A stretch of 64,000 nucleotides of DNA from Abditibacteriaceae bacterium (lineage in GTDB: Bacteria > Armatimonadota > Abditibacteriia > Abditibacteriales > Abditibacteriaceae), in NCBI GenBank assembly GCA_965277285.1, contig OZ255721.1, forward strand, positions 896,001-960,000, read 5' to 3'. The position numbers and the translations under genes were made by a program. The notes beneath the pieces were generated by a model that was given only the letters and a program-made list of their open reading frames with translations, made no database searches and was not told the origin of the DNA. Position 1 is the stretch's first letter; each line of letters opens with the position of its first letter. This document shows, in pieces, positions 19,524-30,900 of the stretch.

Positions 19524-21011
19524 ATGATCGAGTACTCGAATCCCGCGCTCTTCACCGATTTGTATCAATTGACGATGGCTTTCGGCTACTGGAAAGCCAA
19601 ACTCCACACGCACCAATCGGTTTTCCACTTGTTCTTTCGCAAGAACCCGTTCGGCGGCGGTTACGCGCTCGCGGCAGGCTTGGAAGACGCGCTCGATTAT
19701 CTGCGTCAGTTCCATTTCGCCGCCGCCGATTTGGAATATTTAGCGACGCTTTGCGGCAACGACGACAAACCGCTTTTCCCGCGCGCGTTCTTGGATTATC
19801 TGGGCGAACTTCGTTTCGACTGCGACGTGGACGCGGTTCCCGAAGGCACGCCGATTTTCGCGCACGAGCCGCTTTTGCGCGTTCAAGGCGCGATCATTCC
19901 CTGCCAACTGGTCGAAACCGCGCTGCTCAACATCCTCAATTTTCAAACCCTGATCGCCACCAAAGCCGCGCGCGTTTGCGAAGCGGCAGGCAACAATCCC
20001 GTACTCGAATTTGGCGCACGCCGCGCGCAAGGGCCGGACGGCGCGCTTTCGGCCAGTCGCGCCGCGTTTATCGGCGGTTGTTCTTCGACATCGAATGTTC
20101 TGGCGGGCAAGCGCTTGGGCATTCCGGTCAAGGGCACGCACGCGCATTCGTGGGTGATGATGTTCGACGACGAACTGGAAAGTTTCAAATCTTACGCGCG
20201 CGCCATGCCGAACAATTGCGTTTTTCTGGTCGACACTTACGACACTTTGGAAGGCGTTCGTCACGCGGCCAAAGTCGGAATCTGGCTGCGTTCGCTGGGC
20301 TTCAAGATGGCGGGCATTCGCCTGGATTCCGGCGACTTGGCGTATCTTTCGATTGAAGCGCGCAAGATTTTGGATGCTGCCGGTTTGCCAAACACGCCGA
20401 TTTTAGCCAGCAACGATTTGGACGAACACGTCATCGAAAGTTTGAAGGCACAGGGCGCGCCGATTGCGATCTGGGGCGTCGGCACGCAACTGATAACTGG
20501 CGGCGACCAGAGCGCGCTCGGCGGCGTTTACAAACTGAGTGCGACGCGCGCGCCTCTCGAAAATGGCTGGGGCGAATGGCGCCATCGCATCAAACTGTCG
20601 GACGATCTGGTGAAGATTTCCACGCCCGGCTTTCAAAACGTGCGCCGCTTTTACGAAAGCGACGACGAAAACGCGCTCGCCATCGCTGACGCAATTTACG
20701 ACGCGCACGACACATCGCTCGATTGGTCGAAGGGCTGCACGATTGTCGATCCGGCTGATGCCGTGCGCCGCAAAAAAGTCGCATCGAGTACTCGATCTGC
20801 CGATTTGCTGATTCCCGTTCTGCGCGACGGCCAGAGCGTTTACAATTCGCCTTCGTTACCCGAAATCCGCGAAAACGCCGCGCGGAATCTCGCTCGTCTG
20901 CATCCCGCCATTCGCCGTTTTACCAATCCGCACCGCTATCCGGCGGGCTTAGAACAAAGTTTGCACGAGCGCAAAATGCAACTGGTGCTGGAAGCCAAAG
21001 CGCGCGATTAA
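19524..21011 (+). CDS. pncB: Nicotinate phosphoribosyltransferase
   Basis: [30 protein letters not shown] and IRLDSGD. Confidence 0.95.
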   Translation: MIEYSNPALFTDLYQLTMAFGYWKAKLHTHQSVFHLFFRKNPFGGGYALAAGLEDALDYLRQFHFAAADLEYLATLCGNDDKPLFPRAFLDYLGELRFDCDVDAVPEGTPIFAHEPLLRVQGAIIPCQLVETALLNILNFQTLIATKAARVCEAAGNNPVLEFGARRAQGPDGALSASRAAFIGGCSSTSNVLAGKRLGIPVKGTHAHSWVMMFDDELESFKSYARAMPNNCVFLVDTYDTLEGVRHAAKVGIWLRSLGFKMAGIRLDSGDLAYLSIEARKILDAAGLPNTPILASNDLDEHVIESLKAQGAPIAIWGVGTQLITGGDQSALGGVYKLSATRAPLENGWGEWRHRIKLSDDLVKISTPGFQNVRRFYESDDENALAIADAIYDAHDTSLDWSKGCTIVDPADAVRRKKVASSTRSADLLIPVLRDGQSVYNSPSLPEIRENAARNLARLHPAIRRFTNPHRYPAGLEQSLHERKMQLVLEAKARD

Positions 21012-21037
21012 GACATTTACGAGGTTTATCCTATCCC

Positions 21038-21919
21038 GTAGGGACGCAGTTCACTGCGTCCGCTCCTGTTGCGCTCTTACAAGTTCGCGGACGACGGAAC
21101 AACGGACGCAGAAATCTGCGTCCCTACGAGTTTGCGCAACGCCCGTAGGGACGCAGATTTCTGCGTCCGGGCTGCGTCCGGCCATATTGGTTTTAGGCGT
21201 ATTCGTCGCGTTGCCAGTTTTGTGGATTTTCGATGATGTATCAGCGCGTGTTCAACAATTCGGTTTCGTCGCGGATGATGCGGTCGTAAAAACGACCTTG
21301 CCACACTTTGACGGGCGATTGATTTCGTGTGGCACGCCGCGCATTGACGCTTCGCGTCACATTGGCTTTGAAATCTCGCACGATGGCGCTCAATGAACCC
21401 GGCGCCACGTTGCTGAGCGTTGCGCCCTTGCTTCGTAGGGACGCAGATTTCTGCGTCCGCTGTTCCTGCGTCCGCTGTTCCTGCGTCCAGTGTTCCTGCG
21501 AACTTGCAAGCTCGGACGCCAAAGAAGCGGACGCAGAAATCTGCGTCCCTACTACGGGTGGTGTGGTAATTAATACGATCGCGTGGAAATGGTTGGGCAT
21601 GACGACGTATTCATCCAACATCACGTTGTCGCGCAAACCGGCGACGCGCGACCATTCGCGTTCGACAAACGCGCCAACCCAGTTGAGTTGCATCTGGTCA
21701 TTTTCGATGTGTCCAAAAAACGGACGATGTTTGTCGGCGCAAACCGTGATGAAATAGGCACCTTGCAAGGTGTAATTGCAGCCGTCATAGCGCACCGTGC
21801 GCCGCTGAGGTTGGTTGATTCTTATTCTCGTTGCCATTATCGTAGGGACGCAGATTTCTGCGTCGTTGTTCTGGTGTTCGCAAACTGACGCGACCGGACG
21901 CAGAAATCTGCGTCCCTAC
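21038..21919. repeat. Cluster of seven GTAGGGACGCAGATTTCTGCGTCC REPs around and inside the RAYT
   Basis: Copies at 21038, 21104(rc), 21145, 21435, 21529(rc), 21842 and 21896(rc); another doublet at 34696-34766. Confidence 0.92.
21193..21837 (-). pseudogene. REP-associated tyrosine transposase (RAYT, IS200-like Y1 HUH) with premature TGA
   Basis: YFITVC, VVMPNHFH and WQGRFYDRIIR; TGA at 21241-21243 then in-frame YIIENPQNW...TAA at 21193. Confidence 0.88.
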
Positions 21920-24900
21920 AATCTCACTCTTACATCATGCTCGCGCCCATCATCCATCAACGCGATGCCATCCGTAACGCGAACCAATAAACCATCCACG
22001 ACCAAACTCGAAACGGTTTTGCCGCCGTCGGGGTTTTGCACCGAGATGTTGTAAACGCTTGCGCCGAACTTGTAGCGAATCGAGTACTCGTTCCAGGTGC
22101 GCGGGATGTTGGGGACGATGTGCAGAATATCGCCGCGACGTTGCACACCCAAAACATCTTCGAGCCAGACGCGATACATCCAACTCGAACTTCCCGTGTA
22201 CCACGTCCAGCCGCCCTGCCCGACGCGATCTTGCAGCGCGTAAACGTCCGCCGCCACGACATACGGCTCGACTTTGTAGGTTTCCACGTCGTGCGGCGTG
22301 CGCGCGTGTTCGACGGGATTGAGCATGCGCAAAATATCTACCGCGCGGTCGCCGTCGCCTTTTCTGGCAAACGCTTGCGCAACCCACAGCGCGGCGTGCG
22401 TATATTGACCGCCGTTTTCGCGCACGCCGGGCACATAACCCTTGATGTAGCCCGGGTCTTGAGCTGACTTATCAAAGGGCGGCGTGAAAAGCAGCACCAT
22501 TTTGTCGTCGTCTTTGACCAGAAACTTCTCGACCGAACGCATCGCGGTTTCGCTACGCTGCGGGTTTCCGGCGCCACTGAGAATGCTCCAGGTTTGCGCC
22601 AGAGAATCGATTTTCGCTTCGTCGCTCAGATGCGAACCCAATGGCGAACCGTTGTCGAAGTAAGCGCGGCGATACCATTCGCCATCCCAGGCGGTTTCTT
22701 CCACGACTTGCGCCAGATGCGTCGCCTGCGCGGTTCGAGTACTCGATTGCGCCGTATCGCCCTGATGCGTGCAGATTTCGGCAAAGCGGTTCAGCACGTC
22801 GATCAGGAACCAGGCGAGCCAGACGCTTTCGCCGCGTCCTTCGACACCGACGCGGCTCATGCCATCGTTCCAGTCGCCGATGCCGATCAGTGGCAAACCG
22901 TGCGGCCCTTGCGTCAAACCTTTTTCAATTGAGCGCCGACAATGCTCGAAGATTGTCGCTTTTTCGGATGAAACCTGCGGCTGCGCATAGATTTCATGCT
23001 CGTTCGGCTCTAAGATTTTGCCTTCCAAAAACGGCACTTCTTCGTCCAAAACGCTCCAGTCGCCGGTGACGCGCACATATTGCGACACCACGTAAGGCAG
23101 CCACAGCAAGTCGTCCGAAAAACGCGTGCGCACACCGGCGCCACTTGGCGGATGCCACCAATGCTGCACGTCGCCTTCCTTAAATTGATGCGCGGCGGCG
23201 CGCAAAATCTGCTCGCGCGCAACGTTTGGCGCACTATGTGTGACCGCCATCACGTCTTGCAATTGGTCGCGGAAACCATAAGCGCCGCCGCTTTGATAAA
23301 ACGCCGAGCGTCCCCAAATGCGGCAGCACAGCGTTTGATAAAGCAGCCAGCGATTCATCATAAAATCGACCGCCAGATCGGGCGTTTTGACTTGCACGCG
23401 CTCCAGCAAATCGTTCCACCAACCGCTGGTTTGATGCAAGGTGCGTTCGGCTTCGTCGCGGTCGCGGAAACGGCGCGCCAAATGTTGCGCTTCTTCAATG
23501 GTGTCAGCTTCGCCCAAAACAAAGATGACTTCGGCTTCGCCGTTCGGCTCGATTTCGACGGCGACTTGAATTGCGCCACACGGATCGAGCGCCGCGCCAG
23601 TTCGGTTCGACAAACCGCTGCGCAACAACGCGGCGGGTTGTTCAGCCGAACCGTTGCGACCCAAAAACTCGGTGCGGTCGCCCGTCCACGAAACGATGTT
23701 CGGGCTGGCCGAAAGAAAAGCGACGCGGTGCGCGAAATCGGGATTATACGCGTTGCGCGCGAGCAGCAAGCGCGCGTCGCCATCCCAGCGGGTGACGATT
23801 TGCGGCGAGGTTTCTTCGCGCGTCGTGCCCATCGTCCACTCGACGTAAAGCGTGACGCTCAGGCGGCGGCGATGACTGGAACGGTTGCGCAATCGCAATC
23901 TCTGCACGCGAACGGTCGGCGTTTCTAATGGCGTAAATCGCAATCGAGTACTCGATTCGGTTCCAGCCTCCAGCCCCGAGCCTGCAGCCTCACTAATCGG
24001 CACAAACGTCACCAATTCCTGCTCGATGGCGTGCGAATTGTGTTCGTAAACGCTGTAGCCCTGGCCATGCCGCGCGCGATACGGATCGAGTTCGCGGATC
24101 GGCAAAGCAGTTGGACTCCAAAAGGTGCCGGTTTCTTCGTCGCGGATGTAAATCGCTTCGCCCGCCGTGTCGCTGACGGGATCGTTGCTCCAGGGCGTGA
24201 TTTTGTTGGCCTGCGAGTTGTCGCACCACGTATAGCCCGGCCCGCTTTCCGAAATCATCGCGCCAAAACGCGGGTTCGCCAGAACGTTCACCCAGGGCGC
24301 AGGCGTCGTGTCGTGCGGGCCGAGATAAATTGCGTACTCGCGGCCATCGGTGGTGAAGCCGCCCAGCGAATTGAAATACGGCAATTCCATGAACGGCAGA
24401 GGCGCGCTGGGTTCTTCCGGCGGACGTTGCGCAATCGCCAGGCGCGGCGGCATTTTGGCGGATTCAGCGAGCGTTCCTAACTGTTGCGAAAGTCCGCCGC
24501 GACTGGCGTTAATGACGACGCGCGCGACACTCAACAACAACGTCAAATCGGTGTCGGATAGCATTTTCGCGCCGCGCAAAAAGACGCCGCCCGGCTTGTC
24601 CAAAGGCGCGCCGCTATTTTGCACGACGCGCTTCAAACTTTCGCTCAAAGGTTGTTCGTAAGATGCGGCTTCTTCGTTGAGAATGACCAGATCGGTTTTC
24701 AAGCCGCGCGATTGCCAGAAGGCTTGCGCTAAAAGAGCTTGTTGCACGACGCGCACATCGCGTTCGCTGCCGACTTGCACGATCATAATCGGCAGGTCGC
24801 CGGAAATGCCATGCGCCCACAAACCTTGTTGCCCCAGCGTGTTGGCCGCGATACGCCGCTGTGAAGTGCGCAAACCGGCGCTGGGATAAATCATGTGACC

Positions 24901-27900
24901 GGCTAACTGCTGAAAGACTTGCACGTCGTCCGGCTCGATGCGCAAACGCTGCATTTCCAGTTGAGCATTTGTCCAAGCCAATTCAAAGGCGCGCGCAATC
25001 GAACCCATGTCGCCCAACTTGCGCGCGATTTCGAGTACTCGATCCCGCGATTCTCCCGCTCCCGTCACCCATGCGATCTTGACTTGCTCGCCGGGCGCCA
25101 GCGTCACCGTTTTGCGAATGCTGAAAACCGGATCGAGAACCGCGCCCTGCGTTTGCGTCAAGGGATTGTCGAGCGCAATCGGGTCGCGCGCATCGCGTCC
25201 GCGACCCAGAAAACGCGCGCGGTCGGTTTCATAATCAAATTCGTCCTGTTCCTCGCTGACAACGGCATGACACGCCCAAATTGGCGCGTCGTCGGGCGAG
25301 CGCAGGCGCCAGTTCGCCAGCAAAGCGCGATGTTCGGGAACCGCTTCGGTTTGCACGAACAGTTTGGAAAACGCGGGATGCGCGCGATCCGCAGCGTGCG
25401 GCGCGAGCGCGATTTCCAGGTACGAAGTCAGTTCCAGATGGCGCGTTCGTTTCGAGGTGTTGGTCAAAGTGACGCGACGAATTTCCGCCGCGTCTTCGGG
25501 CGCGACCACGACTTCGGTCAAGGTTTCGATTTCCCCGTCGCGGCGCCGGAAACTTGCGCGGTCGGCGCCAAACGTCGTCAGAAAACGACGGTCGGCGCGA
25601 CCCATCGGATGATGCGTGCTCGACCACGCCATTCCTTCATCGCAATCGCGCACATAAATGAAAGCGCCCCAGTTGTCGCGCGTCACGTCGCTGCGCCAGC
25701 GCGTGATCTCGAAATCGCGCCACCTCGAATAACCGCCACCCGCCGCCGAAACCACAATCGAGTACTCAAGGTTGGAAAGCAAATTGACGCGCGGCGTCGG
25801 CGTGTCCGGCGAAGAAAATTCGTCCGTCGCCAATCCACCTGAAATCGGCTTCAGCTTGCTCGTTTGACCTTCGCGCGGCGCTTCTTCATAAGTTGGCGGC
25901 GCCAGAGGAACCGATTCATACAACAACGGCGAAGCGGCGTTGACGCGCGCATCGGCGTGAAAACGGTCTTGCATAATGTTGCCGTGCAGAACGTTATCGA
26001 ACGCTAAAAATGCCATGCCCTGATGATGCACCATGAACGAGCGCACGATGACGCCGCGCTCGCCCTCGGGAACGCGCGCGCGCGTGTAATCGATGCTTTC
26101 GTAGAAGCCGTAGCCGCCGCGCAGTCCCGCTTCTTCCAGGCGACGCAGGTTTTCCAGCGCGGCCTGCGGCTCAATCGGCAGCGCCAGACACGTCGCATAC
26201 GGCGCCACCACCAAATCGTCTTCCAGGCCGCGTTTGAGTCCCAGTCCGGGAACGCCAAACGCTTGATATTGATAGATTTTGTTCCCGTCGAGCGCGGAAT
26301 AGGACGCTTCGGAAACGCCCCACGGAATGCCGCGCCGTTTTCCGTAAGCGATCTGGCGCGTGACAGCCGCGCGACAGGCGTAATCGAGCAGCGAGTTCGG
26401 ATAATTGCGCGTCAAAAGCGGCGGCATCAAGTACTCGAACATTGTGCCGCTCCACGACAAAAGCGCCATCGGAGCGCGCCAGCCGCTCGCGCCGTACAAG
26501 CGCCGCAGTTTCAGCCAGTGTTCCGCTGGGACATCGCCGCGCGCAATCGCCGCAAAGCTCGCCAAACGGCATTCGCTGGCGATTAAATCATAAAACGAAT
26601 TGTCCAAACGATTGGCGTCGACGTTGAGGCCAATCGTAAAAACCTGCTTTTTCTTGTCGTACAATGGGCGCAAATTCATCGCGTCGGACAAAGCGTCGTT
26701 GCGCTCGATCATCGCTTCGGCTTGCGCGCGCTTTTCGCCAGCCAGCCAGCGACTTTTCGCGCTCAACTCCGCGACTTCATCCAACGCGGCATCGAGTTCG
26801 GGCGACAATTTACCGGAACGAAACGTCAGCAAAGTCGAAAGCGGCGCCAACTCTTCGTGCGCCAAGGCTTCCAGCGAGGGCGCGATTTTCAAAGCGTCAC
26901 GCTTGGCCGCAAGCGCCGTTTCGCCCAGTGAAATCAAAGCTTCATCGGAGATTTCGGCCAAGCGAACCGCCCATAAAAGATAACGATCAATCGTTTCATT
27001 GCAGGCCGCGACCTGGCATTCGAGCGCGTTTGCCCAGTAAATCGAAGGCGCGGGCGCCGCACTTTCGCGCAAAATCTTTGTCAACGCATACGATGGTTCA
27101 CCTGCGGCGCGCAGAACTGCAATCAAGTCGTCCACAGTCTGCGGCGTTTGGACGAAAAGAGTCTGCAACGTGGCGATTCGAGTACTCGATTCGGGCGATA
27201 ATGCCGTCGATTCGCGCTGCAAAATCGCCAGCGTGTCGCTCAAGCCATGAAGCACTGACTGCGTTAAAACCGGCTCGTTCAAGGCGGCGCGGCAACCCTG
27301 ACCAAACGCCCACATCGACACGATCAGGTTGCCGCTATCGACAGTCGAAACATAGCGCGGCGGCAACGGTTTCAGCGTCGTAATGTCATACCAGTTCAGC
27401 AAATGACCGTCATGTTTTTCCAGGTTTTCCAGCGTGTCGATGGTTGCATTGCAACGATCCACAACCTGATCGAAATTGAGATAGCCGAAGTCGCGCGCCG
27501 CGAGTGCGCTCAACATCCACAGGCCGATATTGGTCGGGCTGGTGCGCGGCGCCACGCCGGTATTGAGGCTTTCCTGATAATTGTCAGGCGGCAGCCAATT
27601 GTTTTGCGGCCCCAGAAAATCATCGAAATAACGCCACGTTTGCCGCGCCAGATGTCGCAAATACGTCCGTTCTTCGCCGGACAATCCTTGCGTCACCGTC
27701 TTTAATCGACCGCCATCGAGCCAGCGCACAAACAGCGGCGCCAACGCCCACAAGAGCAAAAACGGCGTCGCATACCAGAGCGCGCTTTCCGGCGTCGATT
27801 CGTCAGTTGGGGTTTCCCACGTTTCGGGCGACGCGAACGTTTCGGTGGTTCGCGGCGCATCGGTTTGAAGACTCGCGTCGCCATTCGAGTACTGGATGAA

Positions 27901-30900
27901 TCGAACGTAGGGGCTTGGCGCGCCAAGCCCGCTATCAGCATTTGCAACTAACGAGGTTGCGAGAAATGCGGGCTTGGCGCGCCAAGCCCCTATGATTTGG
28001 TTTGCCGCAAGGCGTCCATTTTCCGGCGTGCGCTCTACAAACACCGGAGGATTGATGGTGTTGCGCCACAATTGCCACGCCAGCAAACCCGACAGAAGCG
28101 ACACAATCGCCAGGCGCCAGAGAAAATTGCGGCTCTGGTTTTTGGCGCGACTGGCCGCGTCCTGCGAGGTTTGCCATTCCAACAAATGCCGGTGCGAAAC
28201 TAATCGCCGATACCAGACGCGGCCAATCGCATCCAGCGAAACGCCCGCCTGATGCGGCAACAACGCCAAACTCAAAACCGCGCGCAAGATGCTTCCTGCC
28301 CAATCGCGCCAGGGCACGACGCGCAACATCGAGCGCGAAGTCAGCCACGTTACAGTGCCTGTCAAAGTCGGCAGAAAGGCGGCCAGCAATACCAATTTGG
28401 TCACGGCGCGCGCGCTTTGCGGCATCCACAACCATGACAACAACAGCAACGTGAGGGTCGCAATCGGGACCAGGCTGCGGCGCAAATTATCGAAGATTTT
28501 CCACTTGTTCAAACCCGACAAAGGATTGCGAATTTTGCGTCCATCGTGTGAGGGAACATGGCCAAACGCCCAGTTGGAAATCTGCCAATCGCCGCGAATC
28601 CAGCGATGATTGCGCTTGGCATACGCCAGATAATTGGAAGGAAACTGGTCGAACAATTCGATGTCGGTCGCCAGTCCGACGCGAACGTGCGCGCCTTCGA
28701 TCAAGTCGTGCGACAACAATGTCGCGTCGGGAAAGCGATTATCGAGTACTCGATGAAAGGCGTGCAGGTCGTAAATGCCTTTGCCGTGATACGCGCCTTC
28801 GCCCGACAAATCCTGATACACGTTCGACACCAAATGCGTATAAGGATCCGTCCCGCGTGCGTCGGTAAACAAGCGCGAAAACCGTGTCGCAACCGCGCTG
28901 GGCAAAGCCGTCGAAACGCGCGGCTGAATAATTCCATAGCCGCCGGTTACAATTCCCGCCGTATTAAAACGCGGGCGATTGAGAGGATGCGCCAGCGTCT
29001 CGATCATTTCGCGCGCGCTGTCGTGTGGCAATTGCGTATCGGCATCCAGCGTAATAACGAATTGAATGCCCTGCAAATCTTCGATTTTTCCGACGCGCAA
29101 CAGCGACGCCGGATTTTGATGCGCGCCGACCAAAAGCGCGTTCATTTCTTCCAATTTGCCGCGCTTGCGCTCCCAACCGATCCACTTGTTTTCGCCTTTT
29201 GACCAACTGCGTTCGCGGTGAAACAGGAAGAATTTGCCGTCGCCATAACGCGCGTTCAGCCCGCCAATCGCGCTTTTCAAAGCGGACAGCAATTCTTCAT
29301 CGTTTGGCAAATGCTGCGCGTCGGCGTCCACGTAATCGGACAAAAGTGCGAAGCGCAAGTTGGCGTCAGCGTTCGCCAAGAAACGCACTTCCAAACGCTC
29401 GACATCTTCCCGAATGCTGTCTAAGGAAGACGCCAGCATCGGGACGACGACAAGCGTTCGCGCATCGTCGGGAATGCCGTTGAGGAACGACATCTTTTGC
29501 AAAGCGCGCGGCGGCAAAAAGCGCGTCAGCAGATAATCGACGGTTTGAACCGCAATTTCCGAAGCCGGAAGAACTGCTAAAAGACCCAAAATCCAACGCG
29601 CCGAAAGCGGAACGTTATACGGAAAGTCGTGCGGCAAAGCGTGCAGCAATCGCCACAAAAGCGCGGTTGTGACCAGCGCCACGCCGCCGATATAAACCAG
29701 AGCCGCATTGTGAAAAACCGCGCGCCGCAATCGAGTACTCAATGGCACGAACGCGCCGGTTCGGGATTCCAAACGCGCGCGCCCGTTATCGACCAGAAAA
29801 TATCCGACGTGACTGCGATGTGGAAAACTGGCGTCCGCCGTGCCGCGCATGATGGGTTCAAGCGCCAGATTCAAGGTCGTGTGCGCGACTTCGAGTTCGG
29901 AACGTTTCGCCCAGCGCGCGACTTCCTCCACCGCGCGACGATAACGGTCGCGCGTGGCGAAATCCATTTGCGGATAAACGCCAGCCGGATCCAGCCCAAG
30001 TTCGCGGTGAACCAGGCTGACGTCCTCGAAAATCTCGCGCCAATCGATGTCGAGCAAAGCGCGCAGGCTGCCGATAATGTTGGCAATCGAAAGCTGATCG
30101 GCAGCTTGGCGACGCTGTTCGGTTTGCACGATCTGGTCGAGAGGCGCATCCAAACGGCGTTCGAGCCAACTGCGTACCGGAGTTAGAACGCTTTCTTCGT
30201 CTTGCAATTGCGAGCGCAAGCGGTCGGCGAAATGCGGCGTCAGGGGAAACGTGGCGCGCGACAATTGCGCCAGCAAATTCAAGTGTTGATCGCCGTCGCG
30301 CCGCGCGCTGAGCAGCAAGCGATTGGCCCAGAAGTCGGCGCGCTCGCGTTCGATCTGCCGCGCACCGACGCCTTCGGCCAAATGCTGCAACTTCTCGATC
30401 AAGGCCAGGCGCAACAAAAGCGGCATCGCCCACAATTCGCCTAATGTCAGAGGCGCGATTTCCTGATAGGAACGCAGAAAATCGGTGATGTTTTGTGGGC
30501 TGAAATGCGCGTCCGTGCTGTTGATAAGTTCGAGCGACAAGGCGTAAATGCGCGGCAAGCCGGCCAGGTTTCCTTCGCTGAGAACCGGCAATTCGCGGTA
30601 GAAGCCGCGCGTCAGGTTGTTGCGCACGTCTTTGATTTGGCCTTGCACCAGAAACGCGTTGTCGAGCAGCCATTCGCCCGAAATCGAAACGCTCTGTTCC
30701 AAGAGCGACGCTTCGCCCAACGTTGTCGTAATGCCTTCGATGACCTGGCGGCTTTGTCCCAGACGTTGCAGCAAAGCCTGATCGCGCCCGCCGCGCCGCG
30801 TTTTTTGCGAGGCCGCCAGTTGTCGCGCGCGTTCGTTCAAACGGTCGGGCGTCAAAGGTTCGATGCGTGGCGCGGCTGCAGTCGCCATTCGAGTACTCGA

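Noticed and set aside
21241..21243. TGA reassignment or selenocysteine
   Set aside because: TGA ends many intact genes at normal positions (cax, pyrB, carA, accB), and the site is not a Cys or Trp position.
21038..21919. CRISPR array
   Set aside because: The 24-bp repeats occur in both orientations, are irregularly spaced, begin with GTAG and flank a RAYT; no cas genes are present.
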